Source: an uncultured virus (IMG/VR IMGVR_UViG_3300042519_003322) (Duplodnaviria > Heunggongvirae > Uroviricota > Caudoviricetes). Taken from it: a stretch of DNA of 20,000 bases. Below, in pieces: positions 8,774 to 17,067 of this stretch (position 1 is the stretch's first letter; the number at the start of each line of letters is the position of its first letter). The stretch lies in the IMG/VR virus record IMGVR_UViG_3300042519_003322, one strand, 5' to 3'. Made by a program: the position numbers and the translations under genes. Under the pieces are notes generated by a model. That model searched no databases. It saw nothing but the letters and a program-made list of their open reading frames with translations, and was not told the origin of the DNA.

Positions 8774-8777
8774 AACT

Positions 8778-9659
8778 ATGACTCATGGAATTCACGAATC
8801 ACTCATTCAAATGGCCGTAGACATCGAGACGCTGCTGCCATTAGAATCAAACCCCAGACGCGGTGACGTAGGAGCAATTATGGCTTCGTATCGCGAATTT
8901 GGACAAATCAAACCAATAGTTGTTCGACCCAACGATGATGGAACGGCGACAGTTATCGCTGGAAATCACCAGCTAGAGGCAGCAAAAAGGTTGGGCTGGG
9001 ACAAAATAGCAGCCGTCAGCTTTGCGGTTGATGGCGAGCGAGCTATTGCCTTTGCACTTGCAGACAACAGAACGATGGAGCTTGGATATACCGAGCCAGA
9101 GTTATTGAATGAAGTAATACTTGAACTGGCAGATATCTACCCGGAGCTCATCAACGGACTCGGATGGGATGAATTTTACACTGCCGAAATAGAACAAAAA
9201 CTCATTCGTGAGGACAATAGAGTAATAGAGCCTGGGGCTGGATTTATTCCACCGACTATCACTGGGTCTTCAGACAACGGATTTACTGTTGTTGCAAAAT
9301 TTGACAGTTATGACGACTATGACAATTATGGAGAGAACAAAACAAGCACAAACGCATCACCTACTGCGCCAGAACTAGACCGTAATATGGTGAACGTTAC
9401 CCATACGGAAGATGGCAAGCAACACATTGAAATACGTTCAGGCTTCGACCAAAATGATGCCGTCAAACGTGGCTCGACGACCGTCTCTCCGGGTTCGGCC
9501 CCACGAGCCGTCGTTCAGTGCACAATTGTATTTGACGACACGACACAGCAGGCTAGATGGTATGAATTTTTGAAGTGGATAAAATCCGACCCCGCAGTAG
9601 TCGGAGCAACTACCGCTGAGAAGCTGATAGATTTTATTAATCAACACATAGAGGTTTAA
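8778..9659 (+). CDS. ParB/Sulfiredoxin-domain protein with acidic linker and small C-terminal domain
   Basis: NPRRGDVGAIMASYREFGQIKPIVVR...VIAGNHQLEAAKRLGW...LADNRT is a phage ParB N-terminal domain. Confidence 0.88.
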   Translation: MTHGIHESLIQMAVDIETLLPLESNPRRGDVGAIMASYREFGQIKPIVVRPNDDGTATVIAGNHQLEAAKRLGWDKIAAVSFAVDGERAIAFALADNRTMELGYTEPELLNEVILELADIYPELINGLGWDEFYTAEIEQKLIREDNRVIEPGAGFIPPTITGSSDNGFTVVAKFDSYDDYDNYGENKTSTNASPTAPELDRNMVNVTHTEDGKQHIEIRSGFDQNDAVKRGSTTVSPGSAPRAVVQCTIVFDDTTQQARWYEFLKWIKSDPAVVGATTAEKLIDFINQHIEV

Positions 9660-9660
9660 T

Positions 9661-9861
9661 ATGGACCAACAAGAACAGGTATACAGACATCTACTACAAG
9701 TGGCTAGGGTCTCCAAGAATGACTGTCCGAAGATATTGGACATCATGGACAAGCACATAGCGGACTCCGCATATTGGAAGGCTGTTGCCGAGAGAGCTCT
9801 AAATGAGAATAACGAACTCAGGACAGAAATACTCCGCCTCAACAAAATGCACAAAAACTAA
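9661..9861 (+). CDS. Small hypothetical protein
   Basis: 66 aa, GAGG RBS, stop overlaps the next start (TAATG). Confidence 0.65.
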   Translation: MDQQEQVYRHLLQVARVSKNDCPKILDIMDKHIADSAYWKAVAERALNENNELRTEILRLNKMHKN

Positions 9862-11000
9862 TGACTCGTCAACGCCTGTTCTTGGATATGAGCTGCGTTG
9901 ACGCTGCTCGTCAAAGAATACGTCACGTATACGACACCTTTGACACGGTGTGTGTTCAATTTTCTGGCGGCAAAGACTCAACCGCCGTTCTTCTCCTTGC
10001 CAAGGAGGTCCACGAAGAGCGTGGCCTAGGCCCTGTTAAGGTGATTTTCCGCGACGAAGAAATGGTGAGCCCTGTCGTCATGGACTACGTAGAGAGGGTC
10101 CGCAACTACGATTGGGTTGACATGGAGTGGTACTGCTTGCCATATCCAGCAGAAATTTGGGTTCTTGGTTACAGGATAACGACCCTCCTGTGGAGTCAAG
10201 AAAGATTTGAACAAGGCAGGTGGGTGCGACCGATGCCCCCATGGGCAATCAGCGGCAAGAATTTTGGACTAAGTCACAGCGTTTCATTGCCTGAACAGAC
10301 CGATTACTACACAATGCAGGGCAAAAAAGGAAATGTTGCCTTTCTGACTGGAGTCAGAGCAAGCGAGTCGATGGTTAGATACAGGTCGATTGTTCAGAAA
10401 CTTCACGAGAATTACATAAATACGCCGTACAAGTTAAAAAAGGGAATACCACTCAAGTTCGCCAAAGTCATATATGACTGGAATACGGATGATGTTTTTA
10501 AATTCATCATCGAGGAACACGACGCAGAATACTGCAAGTACTATGACCTCGCAACAATCACCGGAAGCAACACGCGAGTTGGAATCCCCTTGCATGCGAC
10601 TGCAATAAGGCGGATTGGAGACGTTATTGCTACGGAACCAGAATTCTACGACAGGCTTTACGAGTGCTTCCCATACATAGACGCACAACGCAGACTTTGG
10701 CCAGAGTTTGACTCGGAGAAGCTGATTGATATCTACTCTCAGTTTGGATTTGATGGTGCATCAAGTTTCATCGAACAATACTTGGTGGGCGAACGACGTC
10801 AAACGGAAGCCCGTGCTTATGTTTCTAAGTTTAGAAAAAAGCACCTATCAGACCCACACGGGTACCCAGTTAGCTGGCTTATAAGAAATTTGATGCTGAA
10901 CGACATTGACGTTAACTCTCCAACACCAGTTGGACCCAAGACAAAGGCGCACACTGTCAGGGCAGTAGAACTAGAGAGAGCAGACATATATGAATATTAA
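9861..11000 (+). CDS. ibrA: PAPS-reductase-family PP-loop protein, IbrA/YbdN-like
   Basis: AARQRI, VCVQFSGGKDS (PP-loop), VIFRDEE, WYCLP, WVRPMP, GVRASES, IYDW and EPEF follow the IbrA pattern as recalled; followed by a ParB-like gene. Confidence 0.85.
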   Translation: MTRQRLFLDMSCVDAARQRIRHVYDTFDTVCVQFSGGKDSTAVLLLAKEVHEERGLGPVKVIFRDEEMVSPVVMDYVERVRNYDWVDMEWYCLPYPAEIWVLGYRITTLLWSQERFEQGRWVRPMPPWAISGKNFGLSHSVSLPEQTDYYTMQGKKGNVAFLTGVRASESMVRYRSIVQKLHENYINTPYKLKKGIPLKFAKVIYDWNTDDVFKFIIEEHDAEYCKYYDLATITGSNTRVGIPLHATAIRRIGDVIATEPEFYDRLYECFPYIDAQRRLWPEFDSEKLIDIYSQFGFDGASSFIEQYLVGERRQTEARAYVSKFRKKHLSDPHGYPVSWLIRNLMLNDIDVNSPTPVGPKTKAHTVRAVELERADIYEY

Positions 11001-11547
11001 TATTGAATACGTAGAGCCATCGCGCTTATCTACTCCTGAGTGGCGAGCTACGTACACCCTGCGTCCGGAGATGTTAATAATTTCAGCATCGCTATCTGAG
11101 CTTGGATTCATTCAACCGATACATGCTCGCTTATCTACCGGGGAGATAATTGATGGTTCCGAGCGTTTTATTTTGGCAACCAGTATTCCGCAGATTTTAA
11201 AAAAGACCGAGGGGAAAATTCCAGTAGTTTTTCATGACGTCGACCAGGTTGACGCGATGATGATGCACCTTCGCCTAAATCGAGGGCATTCACACGTGAT
11301 TGCGGAGAAAGCTTCTAAAATCATCAGGTCCGTCAGGCGTTCCGGAAAGTACGGCGCATCCGATTTCCAGGACATTCTCTGCATGCGAGCAGAAGAACTT
11401 GCATTAATGCTTGACGGAAATCTGTTCAAAGTCAGAAAAATAAAAGAACACAATTACGCTAGAGCATGGGTTCCGATAGAGGCTCCTCCGAATTCTGTGC
11501 CCCCAGAAGTGCTTTCAATAGAAAGACCACCCAATTCCGACAGATAG
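10990..11547 (+). CDS. ibrB: IbrB-like ParB/Srx-domain protein with divergent active-site motifs
   Basis: SLSELGFIQPI...EIIDGSERF...IPVVF...LRLNRGHSH; overlaps the ibrA-like gene by 11 nt. Confidence 0.75.
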   Translation: MNINIEYVEPSRLSTPEWRATYTLRPEMLIISASLSELGFIQPIHARLSTGEIIDGSERFILATSIPQILKKTEGKIPVVFHDVDQVDAMMMHLRLNRGHSHVIAEKASKIIRSVRRSGKYGASDFQDILCMRAEELALMLDGNLFKVRKIKEHNYARAWVPIEAPPNSVPPEVLSIERPPNSDR

Positions 11548-11594
11548 ATAAAAGTATTTTCTGGTATATTTGAACAAAGACTATAGGAGCTTTT

Positions 11595-12341
11595 ATGCCA
11601 GGAGTACGCTACGGCCCAGACATTAGTGATGACGCCGCACATATTACCGATTTTGTCAAGGAAACGCAAGCAAAGCTGCGCAAGGGAGTGAAGGTAGACA
11701 CCCGGGACCGCAAAAAACTTGATAAATATAAACAGATTGCAGAAGACATTTTTGGTGTAAAGCCCGAAAACTTCGATAAAGGCAAGCTTGGCGATTTGGC
11801 AGAAATGGCCAGATACGGTGGTTCCAAGTCACGAAGCAAGGCTGCAAAAAGTTGGAGAACTGGCGGAACCATGAAAAAGTCCGTCAGTAAAGAGTTTGCA
11901 GACCGTGGCGACACTAGTGGTCGCAAGCCTGGTGGCGTAGGCGCCCCAGCCGATTCATGGTACGCGGGTCGCACCAGGTCAAAGAGATTCCGGGAACTTG
12001 AAGGCCGAGCTCAAAGAAGAATGAATAAAAATGGAGCAAAGTTTGGCAGAGACCCCATTGCAAAGGGGACCACAAAGCCAGGCAACTTCTTATCTCAGGT
12101 TGATAAATTGAACATAGCAAGAACGCGTGAAGGCAGCAGCGATATTCTCAACAGACCAAGAGGAGGGAAGGCCGCTGCAGGTCGCATTAAGCGTGTAGGT
12201 GGACCAATTCGTCCACCTAAGGCTAAATCAAACCAAAAGGCGGCGCAACGGGCAAAAACTCCAGCGGAACGAGCAGCCGCGGGCAGGCGTGAAGCTGACA
12301 AACTTGCAAAAGGCGGAAGCAAAAAAGGCAAGAAGAAATAA
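11595..12341 (+). CDS. Highly basic K/R/G/A-rich protein, probably nucleic-acid binding
   Basis: 248 aa, roughly a quarter Lys+Arg, ends KGGSKKGKKK; AGGAG RBS and TGG-TATATT (11562-11570) upstream. Confidence 0.8.
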   Translation: MPGVRYGPDISDDAAHITDFVKETQAKLRKGVKVDTRDRKKLDKYKQIAEDIFGVKPENFDKGKLGDLAEMARYGGSKSRSKAAKSWRTGGTMKKSVSKEFADRGDTSGRKPGGVGAPADSWYAGRTRSKRFRELEGRAQRRMNKNGAKFGRDPIAKGTTKPGNFLSQVDKLNIARTREGSSDILNRPRGGKAAAGRIKRVGGPIRPPKAKSNQKAAQRAKTPAERAAAGRREADKLAKGGSKKGKKK

Positions 12342-12354
12342 ACTTCTTCGCGCC
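12321..12354 (-). terminator. Possible terminator between convergent genes
   Basis: GGC-AAGAAG/CTTCTT-..GCC hairpin preceded by A6 on +, which gives a U-tract on the minus strand. Confidence 0.35.
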
Positions 12355-12357
12355 GAT

Positions 12358-12768
12358 TTAGTTCCTCATTAAATAGTCATCATGTCTTTCGAAGCCACTA
12401 TCTGGCTCAAAGTCTTCCAGGATGTCATCCCAGTGAATGTCTTCTTCTGTGGCAATATCTTCCTTAATGAGGAACTCTTTGACGGACGGTCTCGGTTCTA
12501 GCGTTGCTACGTACTTTCCCGTTTCGTCTTTACCAATAATCTTCATACCTGTAGCGGCCATCATGGAGCAAGTGATGGACCATAGAAAATCCGTGTAATC
12601 ACTCATTGCATCCTCATTGACTTCGCCTTCTTCGTCAAAGATGTTTTCTTCTCTTTCGTTTACCCAGAAAAAAAGGACCTTTAGGACATTTTGCAAAACT
12701 TCAACATTTGCTGCCCGCTTGGTTTCTTCGTTGGAAAAATATTCTGTAATCGTAATTTCTGTTTTCAT
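12358..12768 (-). CDS. Acidic hypothetical protein, paralog of 12765..13067
   Basis: 136 aa, very D/E-rich; AGGAG upstream; 4-nt ATGA-like overlap with the upstream gene. Confidence 0.8.
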   Translation of the reverse strand: MKTEITITEYFSNEETKRAANVEVLQNVLKVLFFWVNEREENIFDEEGEVNEDAMSDYTDFLWSITCSMMAATGMKIIGKDETGKYVATLEPRPSVKEFLIKEDIATEEDIHWDDILEDFEPDSGFERHDDYLMRN

Positions 12769-13067
12769 TTGGATTCATTCTCCTTTTCAAAGTGTTCTAG
12801 TGACTTATATGGCTTGAATTTCACAACGTAGTCGCCGTTAATATTCTCCCCAACCACCCGCATCCCTGCCACGGCCATCAAGAGCGAGGCAAGGCCAAAA
12901 GACTCGTCCATCAGTTCATCTATGTCCGAGTCGCTCATTGGCTGACCGTCGGGCATGAACAGGAAAAAAATAACCCTAGTTATTCTTCCAAGAATCTCCA
13001 TATTTATTGACTTAAGGTCATCTCCCTTAATGTCAATAATTGTATCGAATTTACTTTTTCCCGACAT
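12765..13067 (-). CDS. Acidic hypothetical protein, paralog of 12358..12768
   Basis: 100 aa, leaderless start behind a consensus promoter; aligns by eye with its neighbour. Confidence 0.8.
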   Translation of the reverse strand: MSGKSKFDTIIDIKGDDLKSINMEILGRITRVIFFLFMPDGQPMSDSDIDELMDESFGLASLLMAVAGMRVVGENINGDYVVKFKPYKSLEHFEKENESK

Positions 13068-13073
13068 GGCATG

Positions 13074-13102
13074 AATCTACACCAATTCCGTTGCTCGGTC
13101 AA
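13074..13102 (-). promoter_or_regulatory. Sigma70/SigA-type promoter, leaderless
   Basis: Minus-strand TTGACC (13102-13097), exactly 17 nt, TAGATT (13079-13074), 6 nt, ATG (13067). Confidence 0.7.
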
Positions 13103-13131
13103 CCCTTCTCTCCTCCCACAAGTTAACTAGG

Positions 13132-13140
13132 TGTTAGAAT
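13132..13140 (+). promoter_or_regulatory. Extended -10 promoter for neck genes
   Basis: TGT-TAGAAT about 46 nt upstream of ATG 13187. Confidence 0.45.
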
Positions 13141-13186
13141 TTGATGAAGCATTTATTTGCAAAATCGCTTTATCACGGGAGTGACG

Positions 13187-13831
13187 ATGATTGTCTCAGT
13201 TAATGATGTCAAGGTATATATGGATATCAAGCTGTCGGCACGTCAGGAAGATGCCGCCGTCATGGTCCTCGCCGGTCTTCAAAGCGAGCTCGAATCATTC
13301 CTACGTCGCCCGATAGAGGTCGGCGAATATGTAGAAGAGCACCGTCTGGACTCCAATCACAATGGCACCCCAATGGGGACATTTTTAACAGCAGACAACA
13401 CCAGTTATAATTCTTCTTTCACTAAAGGTTCATACACCGACATAGTTGCGTGGGCGACACCGCCACCCGCTATTTACTTTAGAAATACCCCAATTGCTTC
13501 AATATCAGAGGTTAAGGTAAAGCCACTTTTTGGCACGGAAAGAGTACTTATTGAAGATACCGACTACGTTACGCGAACATACGGGATTGATTACTACCAC
13601 GGATATTCGGATGACCTAATAACCATTACGTATACCGCTGGATTGGATGGTCCATCAATACCCGTCTTCAAGCTAATGATACTTAGAGCAGCATCACGTG
13701 AAATGCAAAACATGCACGATGACGTGGTTGGAGTCAAAGACATCACAACAAGAAATACCGGTCCGCTTGTTACGGGCTTCCTTGATTCGGAACTTTCTTC
13801 ATTGCGCAAATACCGTCGCGTTCGGGCTTAA
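13187..13831 (+). CDS. Head-tail connector/adaptor (HK97 gp6 / SPP1 gp15-like) with inserted beta domain
   Basis: MIVSVNDVKVYM..ELESFLRR, ITITYTAG, C-terminal LSSLRKYRRVR; GGGAG RBS favours start 13187; first gene of the neck/tail block. Confidence 0.75.
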   Translation: MIVSVNDVKVYMDIKLSARQEDAAVMVLAGLQSELESFLRRPIEVGEYVEEHRLDSNHNGTPMGTFLTADNTSYNSSFTKGSYTDIVAWATPPPAIYFRNTPIASISEVKVKPLFGTERVLIEDTDYVTRTYGIDYYHGYSDDLITITYTAGLDGPSIPVFKLMILRAASREMQNMHDDVVGVKDITTRNTGPLVTGFLDSELSSLRKYRRVRA

Positions 13832-13833
13832 TT

Positions 13834-14334
13834 ATGTCCAGAAGCGGCATAGTAGTTTATATTGGAGATACTGATTTCCACGGCGAGGACGCAAAGGACC
13901 GCTTAGGAAACATGAAAGACAGGGCTAAATCAATGCGGCCTGTTTTGAATTGGGCTAAGGGTTATTTAGAAAGAGCATATTCTAAGAATTTCACCACCAT
14001 GGGTGCCCTTTCCGCCAAGGCGATGCTCAAGGGTGCATGGCCACCACTTGATGAAGAGTATGAGTCGTGGAAGTTCCGTAACGCACCTGGGGCTCCGCCC
14101 TTGGTATTAACTGGAAAGCTGTTTCGCAGCGTTGCCGGCATTGGGTCTAGCCCCAAGAACTCAATTAGTGACATGGAAGCAACTTTTGTGGTTGATAGCC
14201 CAATTGCAAAATTTCATCAGTATGGAACCCAGGACATGCCTGCTCGCAAGATACTGTTCGTTCCCAATAGTTTTGACAAAGACATTAATAAAAAAGCAAC
14301 GCAGTACATCGTCCAGGGGAGCAAGCTGGCATGA
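13834..14334 (+). CDS. Virion morphogenesis / tail completion protein (Mu gpG, HK97 gp10-like)
   Basis: WPPL, LVLTGKLFRSV and AKFHQYGTQDMPARKIL motifs. Confidence 0.82.
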   Translation: MSRSGIVVYIGDTDFHGEDAKDRLGNMKDRAKSMRPVLNWAKGYLERAYSKNFTTMGALSAKAMLKGAWPPLDEEYESWKFRNAPGAPPLVLTGKLFRSVAGIGSSPKNSISDMEATFVVDSPIAKFHQYGTQDMPARKILFVPNSFDKDINKKATQYIVQGSKLA

Positions 14335-14939
14335 CCTACTTAATGAATGGCTCGCATTTTGCTAAAAAATATGTCAATGACTATTTGACCGCCGACCTTC
14401 CGATTCGCCTCATTCGGTACAGAAACGGCTGGAACCTCGATAGCACAAAGCTTCCGGACCCCGGTCAGTACATAGGTTACGAGCCAATGGCGATAGATGA
14501 ATGGCCCTCGGTTATTACCGTCGCGCTCTCCATGAATGGACTTGAAAGAATAGGTTACGACCAAACCGACCCTCTTTATCGCGTCAGCTACTCCATGCGG
14601 ACCTATCTATGGGTGCGAGACGAAGGAAACGAAGCAACAACTTTAATGAGAGATAGATTGACGACGGTAACTAGGAGCGCCCTTCTTGACTACCCTTGCC
14701 TCAAGGCCCACGACTCACGAACGTCTTTTAGGGCTCTTATCAGCGAAAATAGCTTCCGGGAAGAGTATTCAGACATAACCCTACTCAAGGGCGACCGAAT
14801 GATGGCAGGGGCATACATTGCCTACACGCTAGAAATGGACGAGGTTGTCGCTCGAGAAGCATTGGGTGTTGTCTCAGAAGTAGAGGTCGAGACCACCCCT
14901 ACTGGTGTTGGTCAGGAGATGCCGTCCCTTGATTACTGA
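14331..14939 (+). CDS. Probable tail terminator protein
   Basis: Lies between the gpG-like gene and the sheath; EWPSVITV motif; ATGA overlap. Call rests mostly on synteny. Confidence 0.6.
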   Translation: MTYLMNGSHFAKKYVNDYLTADLPIRLIRYRNGWNLDSTKLPDPGQYIGYEPMAIDEWPSVITVALSMNGLERIGYDQTDPLYRVSYSMRTYLWVRDEGNEATTLMRDRLTTVTRSALLDYPCLKAHDSRTSFRALISENSFREEYSDITLLKGDRMMAGAYIAYTLEMDEVVAREALGVVSEVEVETTPTGVGQEMPSLDY

Positions 14940-14965
14940 AAATATTGTTTTAAAAGTTCAATTCA

Positions 14966-15001
14966 TAGTTGCACAAAATAATAGAATCCCATCTGTACAA
15001 T
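14966..15001 (+). promoter_or_regulatory. Putative late promoter TAGTTGCA-N22-TACAAT upstream of the sheath
   Basis: TAGTTGCA 14966-14973, TACAAT 14996-15001, GAGG RBS before ATG 15045. Confidence 0.6.
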
Positions 15002-15044
15002 TGAAATCACAAACAGGATTCCCTATGCGAAACAGTGAGGTTCT

Positions 15045-16508
15045 ATGCCTGGCGTAGTCATTTCAACTTCAGTTAGAACTGGTCCATCAACGGCAACGGT
15101 GCGCGAATCTTCGCAGCTGTTCATTGTTGGCAAAACAGAGCGTGGTCCATCGGACGAAGCCGTACTTGTCGAGAGTCTTAGTGACTTCGAAGACATTTTC
15201 GGTGGATTTCTGACGTCCTCGTACACCCACCCAACGGTGGAGACATTTTTCGAGGAAGGTGGAACGCGAGCTTTCATTGCGCGCGCCGTTGGTGCATCAG
15301 CAACAGTCGGCTCGTTGACTTTGAATGGTCCAGCCTCCGCCGCCGCAATTACGTTGACGGCAAATGGCGCAGGCGCTTGGAGCGCGGACGTCGGAGTTGC
15401 TGTAACGCACCCAACCGCAACAACCTTCAAAGTTGATATTTACTACGACGGCGTTTTGAAATACACAACTGGAAGCGTAACGACAGTATCACAGGCAGTC
15501 GGACGAATTAACCTAAGTGCGGTTGCTGCTCGCTATGTGACAGCAGCGGTTGCTTCTGGTGGTACGGCCCTGAAGCCGGTAGTACTTGCAGAAACGGCGT
15601 TGGGAACAGGCGACGACAACAATGACACCGTAACTTCTGCTGAATACATCGCTCAGCTTACGTTGTTCAATGACGCTCTCGGCTCGGGCGCTGTTGTTTG
15701 CCCAGAGGATAGCGGCGACACTGTGGCTGAAGCCCTCATCGACCACGCAAACGCAAATAGCAGAATCGCAATTTTGTTTGGAACAGAAGACGCAACTGCT
15801 ACCGCCATGAAGGAAAAGGCACTCTCACTTCAAACGGGAGAAGGCTCAGAGCATGCGGCACTGTACCATCCGTGGGTTTTAGTTCCCACTAGCGTGCCTG
15901 GCATAGGACGATTCATTCCACCAGTTGGATATATCGCTGCAAAGCGCGCCGTTGCCCATAATGGGACCGGACCACATCTTCCAGCCGCAGGAATTGTTTC
16001 AGCGGCCAAGTTTGTGACCGGCATCAAGACTGACATTAGCAAGGTTGTCGGTGACGACCTTGACGAAGGCAACGTAAACGCAATTCGAGTGATTCAAAAC
16101 ACGATTCGCGTGTATGGAGCCCGTTCGCTCTCTTCCGATAACGACAACTTCCGCTATATCACGCAACAGGATGTTGTTAACTCAATCGTTACAGAGTGCT
16201 ACCGGTCGCTTGAAGATGTGGTGTTCAGCTCAATCGATGGAAGAAACACCATTTTCGCTGACATCGAGTCACGCCTTGTGTCAATCCTGTCGGTAATGCG
16301 CAACCTCGGTGCTCTTTACCCAGCATTTGATGCCAACGGCCGTGAGCTAGATAACGGATACATCGTGAAGTGCGATTCCTCAATCAACCCAACCTCACAG
16401 TTGGCAAATGGTTTGGTGAAAGCCAGAGTCGGTGTCCGTGTCAGCAGCATTGGTGACAGAATTGAAATCGATATCGTAAAGTCTAACCTCACTTCAACAG
16501 TGGTTTAA
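15045..16508 (+). CDS. Contractile tail sheath protein
   Basis: MPGVVI, VGKTERGP, DFEDIFGG, FFEEGGTRAFIAR, ALYHPWV, PPVGYIAA, LDEGNVNAIR, RVYGARSL, FRYI. Confidence 0.93.
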   Translation: MPGVVISTSVRTGPSTATVRESSQLFIVGKTERGPSDEAVLVESLSDFEDIFGGFLTSSYTHPTVETFFEEGGTRAFIARAVGASATVGSLTLNGPASAAAITLTANGAGAWSADVGVAVTHPTATTFKVDIYYDGVLKYTTGSVTTVSQAVGRINLSAVAARYVTAAVASGGTALKPVVLAETALGTGDDNNDTVTSAEYIAQLTLFNDALGSGAVVCPEDSGDTVAEALIDHANANSRIAILFGTEDATATAMKEKALSLQTGEGSEHAALYHPWVLVPTSVPGIGRFIPPVGYIAAKRAVAHNGTGPHLPAAGIVSAAKFVTGIKTDISKVVGDDLDEGNVNAIRVIQNTIRVYGARSLSSDNDNFRYITQQDVVNSIVTECYRSLEDVVFSSIDGRNTIFADIESRLVSILSVMRNLGALYPAFDANGRELDNGYIVKCDSSINPTSQLANGLVKARVGVRVSSIGDRIEIDIVKSNLTSTVV

Positions 16509-16524
16509 TCGAAGGAAGTAGCTA

Positions 16525-17028
16525 ATGGCAAAAGTATCACAGAGACAAGTACTTGCAACAATAGTTCCAAGCACTTTCATTAACGGCAAGCAGCAGACCA
16601 ACGTGCAGGTGAACCTTCCCAAGTGGGGTAATCTTCGCTTTGCCCAGGTGTCGGGTGGAGAAATCACCGCCTCTGTAGAAAAAATCTACGAAGGTGGCAG
16701 TGCTCGACCTACAGTTCTCTGCGCTCCATCTGAAATAGGCGACATTACACTGACGGCACACTACGACGACGATATGACCAGCGCCGATACTGCTGCTGGC
16801 ATTGGCGCCAAGCTGCAGGGCCTGCGCAAATATGTAGGTACCGGTTACTACAACATTACGGTATCTGTTTATAGCTGCGACATCAAAGACCCCACAAACG
16901 ACAGAATTTACTCCAATGCTTTGTTGGTGGGAATGACCGAACCAGAAGGTGACTCTTCTTCGGGTGCTCCGGCGACATTCGCCTTGACCTTTGCTATCTC
17001 GGACGTAAACGCACCAACTTTAAGCTAG
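16525..17028 (+). CDS. Tail tube protein
   Basis: Follows the sheath; beta-rich with FAQVSGGE, YEGG, GDITLT, PEGDSSSG..FALTF; GAAGGA RBS. Confidence 0.82.
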   Translation: MAKVSQRQVLATIVPSTFINGKQQTNVQVNLPKWGNLRFAQVSGGEITASVEKIYEGGSARPTVLCAPSEIGDITLTAHYDDDMTSADTAAGIGAKLQGLRKYVGTGYYNITVSVYSCDIKDPTNDRIYSNALLVGMTEPEGDSSSGAPATFALTFAISDVNAPTLS

Positions 17029-17060
17029 TTGCATAGAGTCGGTTAATTATGTGATAGTTT
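17026..17060 (+). promoter_or_regulatory. Putative late promoter TAGTTGCA-N21-TAGTTT, leaderless for the chaperone
   Basis: TAGTTGCA 17026-17033; TGA-TAGTTT 17052-17060; 7 nt to ATG 17068; no RBS. Confidence 0.5.
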
Positions 17061-17067
17061 TTGCTCT

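Noticed and set aside
9861..11000. Auxiliary metabolic CysH for sulfate assimilation
   Set aside because: Lacks the C-terminal ECGLH motif of CysH, is longer, and is paired with an IbrB-like gene.
15045..17028. Sheath and tube as a bacterial eCIS or tailocin
   Set aside because: Portal, terminase, protease and head-tail adaptor genes show a DNA-packaging phage.
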